The position numbers and the translations under genes were made by a program. Below are positions 1 through 8,999 of a DNA stretch of 64,000 nt, in pieces; the first letter of the stretch is position 1, and every line of letters starts with the position of its first letter. Under the pieces are notes generated by a model. The model was not told the DNA's origin and did no database searches. It worked only from the letters and a program-made list of their open reading frames with translations. This stretch comes from Podarcis bocagei (lineage: Eukaryota), in the NCBI GenBank assembly GCA_964188305.1, contig OZ076893.1; one strand, written 5' to 3'.

Positions 1-235
1 CCCACGGACCCTAGAAGTTGGCTGCTATGTCTGACGTGCCAAAATATTCCCCATGCCTGGACTATAGTGTTGCACCTTTGATCATTCTCTCTTTTCTTTA
101 TTCAAAAAATTATTATACAGTAGCACTGGGCACATCACTATATATGTCGATAATCTTCTGCATGGGTCAGGACAATTCATTTTTATACTACCATTCCATA
201 ATTGCTGAGCAAGAAGTACTTTGCATGTAAATTAA

Positions 236-237
<2 letters not shown>

Positions 238-275
<38 letters not shown>
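238..275. repeat. (GT)n microsatellite
   Basis: Pure GT dinucleotide run. Confidence 0.97.
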
Positions 276-277
<2 letters not shown>

Positions 278-1321
278 ACATGCACATTCAGATATATATG
301 TACACACATATCTATTTCCATGGCTTCAAGGGAGATTTAAGCTTCTTTTCCCAAATATATACCTACCAGTATATTATGGGGGACAAAGAGAACAAGTCAA
401 AAATTATATTGGACTAGTGCAAACTCCTTGCAGATGACTACACATTTTTGTTTTTATCCCAGACAGATATTAGAAGTCTGCCTTTCCATTGCTTCTAGTG
501 TTATAATCTGGTGTGGAATTCTACATCGAATTGTTTGCTTTTGCAGTCTAGATGTGGGTACAGGGATTATAAAACGTTTTGTTGATCGGTTTGAGCAAAA
601 TACAAAAACTTGGTTAGTCACTGAAGGATTTTGCAAAGGAAGAGCAAGTTTTTAATCCTCCGCCCATCCTCACCCCCTTTACACTTTTCATTTGCAGGTA
701 GCTGCATATCTGGTAAGTGTTCCTCAAGGGTGTTTCAAAGTCTGATTTCCAATTATGTAAATCAAAGTGGCTAGGGCAGCATTATCTAAGATTAATTAAA
801 AAAGAAATCACCTTTTATACAAAGCTTCGGAGCAACATTTTAAACACATAGGGTTGGATTACTCAACACAGAGGCACCACATACATTTTCTCCTTTTGAC
901 GTGCTGTACTCCTGTTTTAAGTTCTCGATTTCAACCCACAAGTTACTATTTCGGTAAATGTTTTCAAAAGTATTAGTGCTAAGCCAAAATATTCTCACTC
1001 TCATTTTAATCAGTAGTTTTGAAAATCTGCCCTCCGGCGCTAATAAACTAGAACTGAAATTTAGGAGACGAGAACTGTGCCTGTGTAGTTTAATGGAAAG
1101 CTCCTGGTTACATTAATGGGGGAAAAAACTTTAATTATTTCAGGAAAGTTTCTTAAAAATAACTGTGGTAATTTATTACCCAAGTTTGCATGCCTGCACA
1201 GACTGCTGTTTAGATGTACCAATGGCTAATCTATTATGTGCAGCGGTGACTTTCTGCTTGTCTATTCTCTTCCCCCATCCAATACTGTTCCGAGGGTTTT
1301 TCTGATCCTGATCTTCTAGAG

Positions 1322-1685
1322 CAGGGCGTCCAACAGGTCGATCGCGGGCTCCTTTTCCTTTTTTTTGCCTAAGAGCACCCGGCTCCAGCCCCTCGCCCCT
1401 CCCTGCATTTTCTCCTGATCTCTGAAACAGAAGACGGAGTTTTTGCTGTGAGGCAGATTGCTTCCACAGGGATCTTTCGGTGAGCAACTAATCCCCTTCC
1501 CCCTTTATTTTTTCCCGAACCCCCCAAAACCGAAACTTTCCTCCAGTAGTCCAATAAAACATGGCACTTCCCCTCTCACAAAAGCTCTGCAACTTTGACC
1601 TGAACCCCAATAAAATGGGGGTAGATTACTTCCAGTTTTTATCTCTATGAGTAGATCGCAGTCTCCTGGAAGTTGGCCACTCCTG
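1322..1685. mobile_element. Non-autonomous hAT (Charlie-like) DNA transposon
   Basis: Imperfect TIRs CAGGGCGTCCAAC...GTTGGCCACTCCTG; 8-bp flanks TTCTAGAG (1314-1321) and TTCTAGGG (1686-1693), 7/8 match, nTCTAGAn-type target. Confidence 0.7.
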
Positions 1686-2064
1686 TTCTAGGGCAGGGGG
1701 GAAGAAAGCTCTATTTGTGCTCTTGGCTTGTGCTCTTGAAGTTAACATCTATCATTCATGGGCAGGTCACTTCACAGGGATTTTTCAAAATCAAATATCC
1801 ATGTATGAATTAGACCTACCCAATCTCCAGGAGTGATTGTGCAAATTGGGAACAGCAACTTTTTGTCAGTAAAGATGCAGAAAAATACATCTCAGGCTTA
1901 TCATTAAAACGCTGTCAAAGAAAGAAGGGTCCTTCAGAAAACGGACATCTAGTACCAATATAGTTGGTTTTCTGAATCACCTAGTCACTTGAGTTAACTT
2001 TTTCTTCCTCATTGGCCCACATTAGTAAGGGCCAGGGTAGTTTAAAACTTAGGGATGCCTGCTA

Positions 2065-2408
2065 AAAGGGACCCCTGGACATTAGGTCCAGTCATGACCA
2101 ACTCTGGGGTTGCAGCGCTCATCTCGCTTTATTTTCCGAGGGAGCTGGTGTACAGCTTCTGGGTCATGTGGCCAGCATGACTAAGCTGCTTCTGGCGAAC
2201 CAGAGCAGTGCACGAAACACCATTTACCTTCCCGCCGGAGGGCTACCTATTTATCTACTTGCGCTTTGATGTGCTTTTGAACTGCTAGGTTGGCAGGAGC
2301 AGGGACCAAGCAACGGGAGCTCACCCCGTTGCGGGGATTTGAACCGCCTACCTTCTGATCGGCAAGTCCTAGGCTCTGTGGTTTAACCCACAGCGCCACC
2401 CGCGTCCC
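2065..2408 (-). mobile_element. Sauria SINE (Squam1/POMSINE-like)
   Basis: Minus strand begins with a tRNA-like head, GGGACGCGGGTGGCGCTGTGG (A box)...GGTTCAAATCC (B box); body closely matches copies at 29710 and 60125. Confidence 0.88.
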
Positions 2409-3177
2409 CACTAGTAAGGGCCAGGGTCGTTTAAGACTTAGGGATGCGTGCTATACTTCCCCAATTTGGGGATCTCCACATGCTGTTGGCCCATGACTCC
2501 CGCCATCTCTGACCATTGACTATGGTATCTTGTGCCCATAGAGGTTGGGAGCCTATTGGCATCTCGAGGCAACTGGGTTGGGAAAGTCTGGGTTAGAGTG
2601 TCAGATTAGGACTGTTGAGTGAACTTGGGCCAGTGACTACCACTTAACCTAATAGATTTCAATAGAGGATAAAATGGGATAGTGGTTGTGGAGCCCCAAT
2701 TCCTTGGAAGACAGGTGAGATATATAATTAGACCGCAATGATACATACACATACCTGGGAGCAAGCTCAGCTGAGCAGTCAGGTAAAGGACTCCATGTGT
2801 GTTTATTTATTCATATCTAAAATATTACACGTCACCTTTTCTCATATTGTTCAAACAATATTCTCATATTGATAAGCAAAGAAGTCAGACAGAATTCCTA
2901 TTTACCAAATGCAAACATTTTTAGTGATGCACAAATGACTCCAATACACAAAATTGTGTGTATAGCATATTCTTTCACAGATGCTGTCATTTTCCTTTTG
3001 CTTGAATGCCTTGCATTGAAGAGTGAAGTGTCCATATGCTCTTGCTCTTTGGTTTCAAACACGTTATTGTTCATTACTAAGGATGGAAAGATAAGTCAGT
3101 TTCTGCTCCCTCAGTTTCTCATCTTGAACTCAGATCTCCACATTTCTGCAACAATTTTCAATTATCATCATAATCAC

Positions 3178-3585
3178 TGTGATGGGATGATTAGCTGCTT
3201 GTGCGTAAAATCGTGGTTCCTCAGAGTTTGTGCAACTCCACAAACCTCTGTGTGTGACAGAGCTCCTCAAACATGTCTGCCCTAGTCACTTGTAGATTCC
3301 GACAGTGGTTGTTTTCGGAATCGTTTCCAGCATAAGAGCTCCTTAACGGAAACCCGCCTTCTGGACTCACGGCGTGACAGTTTCCGGCGAGGCGTGGGTC
3401 TCCCTATGGGAGCTTCAGATACCTCCCCACTGTTCTCGCTGGAAGTGTCTCTGAGCCCTCCCACCTGCTCGCATTCCCTCAAAGATCCACTCCTCCCCCT
3501 GCTGGTTCCTGCTTCAGCTGTTGAGTCTCTGTCTACCTCCCTGAGCCCCTCCACCACCTGTTCCTCCGATGGCAGTTCCCTGACA
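3178..3585 (-). repeat. 3' LTR of Gypsy element
   Basis: Direct repeat of 8220-8627; differs only at 3218/8260 and 3276/8318 (T vs C on + strand). Confidence 0.97.
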
Positions 3586-5591
3586 TCCACCTCCCCTCCA
3601 GGGCCCCCCTCACCCCCTCCCGTTTCCCCTCCTCTGGGAGGTGAGGAGGTAAAACCCCGAAAAGAATCTTCTTCATCTTCAGACGTCTCGAACAATTCCC
3701 TCCATCGATCGCCGTCCTGGCTCGCTGAATCCTCCTCCTCCTCGGAATCTGTGAACCCCTCCAACTCCTCTTCTTCGTCGGTGGTGGCAAAGTATTCCCT
3801 CCGGAACCTCGCTACAGGCTGAGGTTTACGTGGGAACCTCTGATGAAAAGTTTCTATTAAAACCTCGTCATTGACATCCTCTGCCCTGACCCAGGTGTTT
3901 TCTGACTCCGGTTCCCCTTCCCACATTACCAAATACTCTACTTGATCTCCCTTCCACCTGGAATCGAGGATCTCCGCTACATGGTAGCTTTGTTCCCTTT
4001 CCTCCATTGCTGGTCCCCGAGTGACCCTCCCTTCTCTGTCCCCTTTATACAGTGACAGCAATGACCTGTGGAAAACTGGGTGCAGCTTCATGTGGTTCGG
4101 TAACCGGAGTCTGAAAGCCACTGGATTGACCTGTTGTGTGATTTCAAATGGGCCCAATCTTTTGGGTCTTAACTTCTTACAACCCCCTTTGAAGGGTAAC
4201 CCTTGGGTTGACAGCCACACTTGGTCCCCCACCCTAATGGTTTCACCTTCTCTCCTGTGTTTGTCTGCCTGCCTCTTATATTCCTCCTTGGCCCTGTCTA
4301 AGTTAAGTTGGAGCTGGCGATGGATCGCTTCCATTTCTTCTACGAACTGTTCGGCAGCTGGAACGCTCCATCTCTCCCCTTCCCCCCCTGGGAAAGCCCT
4401 GGGATGGCACCCGTAATTAGCCAAAAAGGGGCTCATCCCCGTGGACACGTTCTCCGCATTGTTGTAGGCAAATTCTGCCAATGCCAACTTCTCCACCCAA
4501 TCATTCTCTCTGTCATTAACATAACACCTCAAATATTGCTGGAGGATGCCATTGGCTCTTTCCGCCTGCCCATTGGTTTCAGGATGCCGGGCAGTCGAGA
4601 AATTAACCTCTACATGCAGTAAGCTCATGAGCTTCCTCCAGAACCTGGAAGTAAATTGTTTCCCTCGGTCTGAAACCACCCTCAAGGGGGCGCCATGCAA
4701 CCTAAACACATTTTCTACAAACAATTTAGCTGTTTCTTCTGCCGTGACCGCATGTGAGCAGGCTATAAAGTGTGCCATTTTGGTTAACAGGTCTACCACA
4801 ACCATGATGGCTGTTTTCCCTCTGGACCTTGGCAGATCAGTCATGAAATCTATGGCCACTGCTTCCCATGGTCTTTCTGGTGTGGGTAGCGGTTCTAACA
4901 ACCCTGCCGGCGCCCGCCTTTCCCCTTTGGCTCGCTGGCATTGGTCACAACTCCTCACATACTCCCGCACGTCTTCCCTGACCTTAGGCCACCAAAATTC
5001 CCTGGTCACCAGCCACATGGTTCTGTGTTGCCCAAAATGCCCCGCTGTGGGGCTATCGTGCAGCTGCTTGAGTACCTTCCCCCTCAACTCTCCTTCAGGT
5101 ATATATAACGCTCCCTTGTAGTACAACGCCCCGTTTCTCTCCTCAAAACCTCCGGGTTTATCTCCCTCCCTCCTGAGTCCCCTGAGTTTGTCCTGTGCGT
5201 ATTCATCGTTCTCCGTTCCCTCTACCAGTTCTCTTTGCCCCACCAATGCCGCCCCACACACCCAGCGGTCCTCTGGAATGACATGTCTCTCTTCGGGTGC
5301 TCCCTCTCCCTCCAAATATTCAGGTTTACGTGAGAGAGCATCCGCCCTAACGTTCTCTGGGCCTGGCACATAACAAATCTCAAAGTTAAATCTGGAGAAC
5401 TCCTGGGCCCATCTCAACTGCCGTTGGTTGAGCACTCGTGCCGTTCTCCAATACTCTAGGTTCTTGTGGTCCGTGCACACTTGCACCTTATGTTGTGCGC
5501 CAATTAGCAGGTGCCTCCATCTCCGAAAAGCCTCATGAATAGCAAGAAGTTCTCGATCGTACACCGTGTAGTTCCTCTCGGATTTAAGCAC
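3282..5591 (-). CDS. pol: pol, 3' part: RNase H C-terminal part, integrase (HHCC, DDE, GPF), chromodomain, acidic tail, LTR-encoded basic tail
   Basis: RH motifs RELLA, TDHKNL, ADALSR; zinc finger HDSPTAGH...CDQC; DFMTD, VSDRG, ERAN; GPF; chromodomain YHVAEILDSR...YLVMWEG...NTWV. Out of frame with the 5' part of pol at about 5588. Confidence 0.93.
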   Translation of the reverse strand: MLKSERNYTVYDRELLAIHEAFRRWRHLLIGAQHKVQVCTDHKNLEYWRTARVLNQRQLRWAQEFSRFNFEICYVPGPENVRADALSRKPEYLEGEGAPEERHVIPEDRWVCGAALVGQRELVEGTENDEYAQDKLRGLRREGDKPGGFEERNGALYYKGALYIPEGELRGKVLKQLHDSPTAGHFGQHRTMWLVTREFWWPKVREDVREYVRSCDQCQRAKGERRAPAGLLEPLPTPERPWEAVAIDFMTDLPRSRGKTAIMVVVDLLTKMAHFIACSHAVTAEETAKLFVENVFRLHGAPLRVVSDRGKQFTSRFWRKLMSLLHVEVNFSTARHPETNGQAERANGILQQYLRCYVNDRENDWVEKLALAEFAYNNAENVSTGMSPFLANYGCHPRAFPGGEGERWSVPAAEQFVEEMEAIHRQLQLNLDRAKEEYKRQADKHRREGETIRVGDQVWLSTQGLPFKGGCKKLRPKRLGPFEITQQVNPVAFRLRLPNHMKLHPVFHRSLLSLYKGDREGRVTRGPAMEEREQSYHVAEILDSRWKGDQVEYLVMWEGEPESENTWVRAEDVNDEVLIETFHQRFPRKPQPVARFRREYFATTDEEEELEGFTDSEEEEDSASQDGDRWRELFETSEDEEDSFRGFTSSPPRGGETGGGEGGPGGEVDVRELPSEEQVVEGLREVDRDSTAEAGTSRGRSGSLRECEQVGGLRDTSSENSGEVSEAPIGRPTPRRKLSRRESRRRVSVKELLCWKRFRKQPLSESTSD
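3586..3599 (-). other. Polypurine tract (plus-strand primer)
   Basis: GGAGGGGAGGTGGA on the minus strand, abutting the 3' LTR. Confidence 0.85.
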
Positions 5592-7248
5592 ACGGTCTCC
5601 ACTCTGACTCCTCCTTCCCTGGCTGCAGAAGAAGCACCGCCCCTATGGCTCTGTCTGATGCGTCTGTTTCGACTCTCATCTTTTTTTGTAAATCCACATG
5701 CAGAAGTTGTTCTTCAGAGGCGAAGGCCCTTTTTAGCTCCTCAAAAGCTCGCTCCGCCTCCTCAGTCCAAACAAATTTCTTCTTACTGCTGAGACAGTCC
5801 GTTATGGGCGCCGTCAGGTGGGCAAAGTTTCGGATGAACTTACGGTAAAAGTTCCCAAACCCTAGGAACCTCTGCACATCCTTCTTTGTTTTGGGTGTTT
5901 TCCATTCCAGCACTGCCTGGACCTTGCCGGGATCCATAGCCAATCCCTTGTCTGACAGGCGGTACCCCAGGAACTCCACCTCCTTGGTATGAAACTGACA
6001 CTTCTCCAGTTTCACCCACAGCCGGTTGGCTAGCAGCCTGCGCAACACTTCTCTGACGTCTCTCACATGCTGCTCCTCATTCTCAGAATACACCAACACG
6101 TCATCCAGGAAGGCCACACAATTCTTGTAAAGCAAAGGCCCTAGTACGTGGTTCATCAGCGATTGAAAGCACGCTGAGCCTGCTTGTAATCCAAATGGCA
6201 TAACGAGATATTCAAATGCCCCCAAAGGGGTGAACATGGTGGTTTTCCATTCATCCCCTTTCCTTATACGTATCAGATTGTACGCCCCCCTTAGGTCCAG
6301 CTTGGTAAAAATCTTTCCCTTCCGCACCCTGTTCAAAATGTCATCTATTCTAGGCATGGGAAAGGCCAATGGTTCTGACACTGCGTTTAAGGCCCGAAAG
6401 TCACACACAAGTCTCGGCTTGTCCGTGTTTTTCTTATCCACAAAAAACACTGGACTACCTCCCACCGCTCTTGACTCTCTGATGAAACCCCTCTTCAGGT
6501 TCTTGTCAATGAACTCTCGTAACTCCTGCATTTCTCTGTCTGACATGGCATACAACTTGCCTGCGGGGAGCTGCGCCCCAGGCAGTAAATTGATTTGACA
6601 ATCGAAGGGTCTATGCGGGGGTAGTTGGTCAGCTTCCCTTTCGCTGAACACATCACTGAGATCTGCGTATTGTCGTGGTACCTTCACCTTCTCCGTTACT
6701 TCTGTCCCTGCTAGGGTAGCTTGGGCTCCTGCTGAACCCTTTCCCTCCCTGCAGTGTTCTAAGCAATGTGCGGAACCAAAGGAAACCACTCTCTGATGCC
6801 AGCCCACCAGTGGATCATGTAACGCCAGCCAGCTCATCCCCAAAATAATGGGAGCCCCTCCCAAGGTGGCCACATTAAACGCTATCAGTTCTGTGTGCCT
6901 TGCCACCTTCATTATCATTGGGACGGTCTGCAAGCTGACTTCCCCTCCCAACAGCTCCCTGCCATCGATCGTGGTCACCTGTAGGGGGTTGCTTAAAGGG
7001 ATCGTCTGTATCTGGTGTTCAGCTGCAAACTCTTTGCTCATGAAATTGCAGGAGCTGCCTGAGTCCAACAGCGCCTTAATCTTCAGAGGGTATCCGTTTT
7101 GCAACTCCAGTGACACTTCTATCACTAGGGCAGGTTTGGGAGGTTCTGGCGTGGGCACTTTCACTGCTCTTTGGCCTGGCTGCTGTGCCCCGACGGTGGC
7201 AGCCAGGCGTTGGCTTTTACTTGCTCCGATATCTCTTCCACTCCTCCC
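5584..7248 (-). CDS. pol: pol, 5' part: aspartic protease, reverse transcriptase, RNase H N-terminal part (-1 frame relative to gag; frame open from 7248)
   Basis: LLDSGS protease motif; RT motifs KLDLRGAYNLIRI, MPFGL, FLDD; RH TDAS; terminates prematurely at WRPCA*. Confidence 0.93.
   Translation of the reverse strand, partial: GRSGRDIGASKSQRLAATVGAQQPGQRAVKVPTPEPPKPALVIEVSLELQNGYPLKIKALLDSGSSCNFMSKEFAAEHQIQTIPLSNPLQVTTIDGRELLGGEVSLQTVPMIMKVARHTELIAFNVATLGGAPIILGMSWLALHDPLVGWHQRVVSFGSAHCLEHCREGKGSAGAQATLAGTEVTEKVKVPRQYADLSDVFSEREADQLPPHRPFDCQINLLPGAQLPAGKLYAMSDREMQELREFIDKNLKRGFIRESRAVGGSPVFFVDKKNTDKPRLVCDFRALNAVSEPLAFPMPRIDDILNRVRKGKIFTKLDLRGAYNLIRIRKGDEWKTTMFTPLGAFEYLVMPFGLQAGSACFQSLMNHVLGPLLYKNCVAFLDDVLVYSENEEQHVRDVREVLRRLLANRLWVKLEKCQFHTKEVEFLGYRLSDKGLAMDPGKVQAVLEWKTPKTKKDVQRFLGFGNFYRKFIRNFAHLTAPITDCLSSKKKFVWTEEAERAFEELKRAFASEEQLLHVDLQKKMRVETDASDRAIGAVLLLQPGKEESEWRPCA
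7150..7221 (-). promoter_or_regulatory. Putative -1 ribosomal frameshift signal (heptamer, 6-nt spacer, H-type pseudoknot)
   Basis: Lies in the gag/pol overlap; perfect 10-bp stem GCCTGGCTGC/GCAGCCAGGC (7208-7199 / 7183-7174); loop GGGCAC is complementary to downstream GTGCCC (7158-7153). Confidence 0.72.
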
Positions 7249-8174
7249 TCAACAGCTCCCACCATCCCTTGCCATTCCTTCCTCTGGGGGCAGACAGTGG
7301 CAAAGTGACCTGGCTGTTGGCAGAGATAGCACTTCCGGGCGCCTTTTCCCTCCTTCCTACCCCCTTCACTGGGCTTTGAAACTGCGCGCGCGCGCGCTGT
7401 TCCGATTTCCATCGGCTCTGCCGGCGGGAAAGCTGGCTCAGGAATGTCTGGAATGCGGAACTCCTTCCAACGTTCCCCCTTACCTTCCCGCCTCTCCAAG
7501 GCTCTCGCCTCCTGGCGCGCTCCTATGGTCAGCGCAGATTTGGTCAGCTGATCCATAGAAACCGCTCTGGGGCTCCGGGACAGTTCGTCTTTCACAGCCG
7601 AAGAAAGACCTTCTTCAAATAGCATCTGAATAGGTGCCGCCGATAAATCCCACCCCAATCTGTGAACCAGCATGGTGAACTCAGTCCAGTACTCACGGAC
7701 AGATCGGCTTCCCTGCTTGCAAGCCATTAACTGTCTGCGCACCACTCCCTCCTCAATATCGCTGGAAAACATGAGATCCATTGCACGAAAGAACTTCATG
7801 GTGTCCTTTAGGACGTCATTATGCGTTGCCATCAGGGGTCTAACCCAGTCCCTCGCCCCTTTTTCAAGATGCCCAATCACAAAAGCCACTCGCGATTCCT
7901 CATCAGGGAATTCATCAAACTGCACATTGAGGGCATATTGCATCTCTGTTCTAAAGGCATGGTAGTCCTTGGGGTCCCCCCCAAATTTCTGCACCAATCC
8001 TGGTACCTTTCTGGTGAACTGGGTGGCTCTCCCCTTCTTGTCTGCATCCTGAGCCCTTCTCTCCTCAAGCCTCGCCGTCTGCAGCGCCAATTGGATTTCC
8101 AACACTCTGTACCTTTCTTCCAAGCTTGGACCAGCTCCAACCCCTGCTCCTTCGGTTCCGGCTGGGTCGCTCAT
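7161..8174 (-). CDS. gag: gag (retrotransposon capsid domain plus CCHC zinc knuckle)
   Basis: Starts MSDPAGTEG at the first ATG after the PBS; FGGDP motif, QGSRSVREY MHR-like motif, PMEIG motif, CYLCQQPGHFATVC knuckle; frame intact. Confidence 0.92.
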   Translation of the reverse strand: MSDPAGTEGAGVGAGPSLEERYRVLEIQLALQTARLEERRAQDADKKGRATQFTRKVPGLVQKFGGDPKDYHAFRTEMQYALNVQFDEFPDEESRVAFVIGHLEKGARDWVRPLMATHNDVLKDTMKFFRAMDLMFSSDIEEGVVRRQLMACKQGSRSVREYWTEFTMLVHRLGWDLSAAPIQMLFEEGLSSAVKDELSRSPRAVSMDQLTKSALTIGARQEARALERREGKGERWKEFRIPDIPEPAFPPAEPMEIGTARARAVSKPSEGGRKEGKGARKCYLCQQPGHFATVCPQRKEWQGMVGAVEGGVEEISEQVKANAWLPPSGHSSQAKEQ

Positions 8175-8206
8175 GATGCCTTCTCCTGCACAGGCAGCGT
8201 ACAGAG

Positions 8207-8217
8207 ACTGTCGGAAT
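8207..8217 (-). other. Primer-binding site of self-priming (Tf1/sushi) type
   Basis: ATTCCGACAGT begins 2 nt after the 5' LTR, lacks the TGG of tRNA-type PBSs, and is the exact complement of 11 nt inside the LTR (8348-8338). Confidence 0.8.
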
Positions 8218-8219
8218 GC

Positions 8220-8627
8220 TGTGATGGGATGATTAGCTGCTTGTGCGTAAAATCGTGGTCCCTCAGAGTTTGTGCAACTCCACAAACCTCTGTGTGTGAC
8301 AGAGCTCCTCAAACATGCCTGCCCTAGTCACTTGTAGATTCCGACAGTGGTTGTTTTCGGAATCGTTTCCAGCATAAGAGCTCCTTAACGGAAACCCGCC
8401 TTCTGGACTCACGGCGTGACAGTTTCCGGCGAGGCGTGGGTCTCCCTATGGGAGCTTCAGATACCTCCCCACTGTTCTCGCTGGAAGTGTCTCTGAGCCC
8501 TCCCACCTGCTCGCATTCCCTCAAAGATCCACTCCTCCCCCTGCTGGTTCCTGCTTCAGCTGTTGAGTCTCTGTCTACCTCCCTGAGCCCCTCCACCACC
8601 TGTTCCTCCGATGGCAGTTCCCTGACA
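8220..8627 (-). repeat. 5' LTR of Gypsy element
   Basis: TGTCAGG...CATCACA on the minus strand; direct repeat of 3178-3585. Confidence 0.97.
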
Positions 8628-8938
8628 ATCACCATCATCATTTTTTTTTAAAAAAAAAACAAACACCAAAAACCAAAATCTTCATGAAAATCCTTTGGCA
8701 TTTTAGTTCAAATCACACCTAATCAACAAAAAATTGTATGTGGCTTTGATAAATGTGCACATGTTTGCAAGCAATTTCACCCCATATCCTGCATTTTTAA
8801 TGTTCCATTAATATATTCATTTTTGCACACTTTTTCCTAATCTATGCATTTTTATTAACATTAGTTGGAGAACTGCATCCTGTTTTGTTATGTTTTCGTA
8901 TATGCTGGAAGCTGCCCAGAGTGGCAGGGTACAAATAA

Positions 8939-8999
<61 letters not shown>
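8939..8999. repeat. (AAT)n microsatellite
   Basis: Pure trinucleotide run. Confidence 0.95.

Larger units (their letters stand above)
3178..8627 (-). mobile_element. Full-length Ty3/Gypsy chromovirus (Tf1/sushi group) LTR retrotransposon
   Basis: Two 408-bp TG...CA LTRs with 2 mismatches; TSD ATCAC at 3173-3177 and 8628-8632; domain order gag-PR-RT-RH-IN-chromodomain; PPT; self-priming-type PBS; no env. Confidence 0.98.

Noticed and set aside
202-437. Short ORFs with VCVC, THTH, ERER or IIII runs here and elsewhere
   Set aside because: Translations of microsatellites.
8175-8312. N-terminal extension of gag given in the ORF track (start 8312)
   Set aside because: It starts at a non-ATG codon inside the LTR and spans the PBS; the ATG at 8174 is the plausible start.
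3178-8627. Domesticated PEG10/RTL-like host gene or endogenous retrovirus
   Set aside because: Near-identical LTRs and a TSD indicate a recent mobile copy; there is no env, and the domains are Gypsy-type.
8324-8641. 105-aa ORF as an independent gene
   Set aside because: It is the 5' LTR copy of the pol tail; its start codons come from flanking host DNA outside the element.
3394-8651. Plus-strand ORFs antisense to the Gypsy element (e.g. 4546-5121, 6848-7558, 7821-8327)
   Set aside because: Shadow frames of gag/pol with no recognisable motifs.
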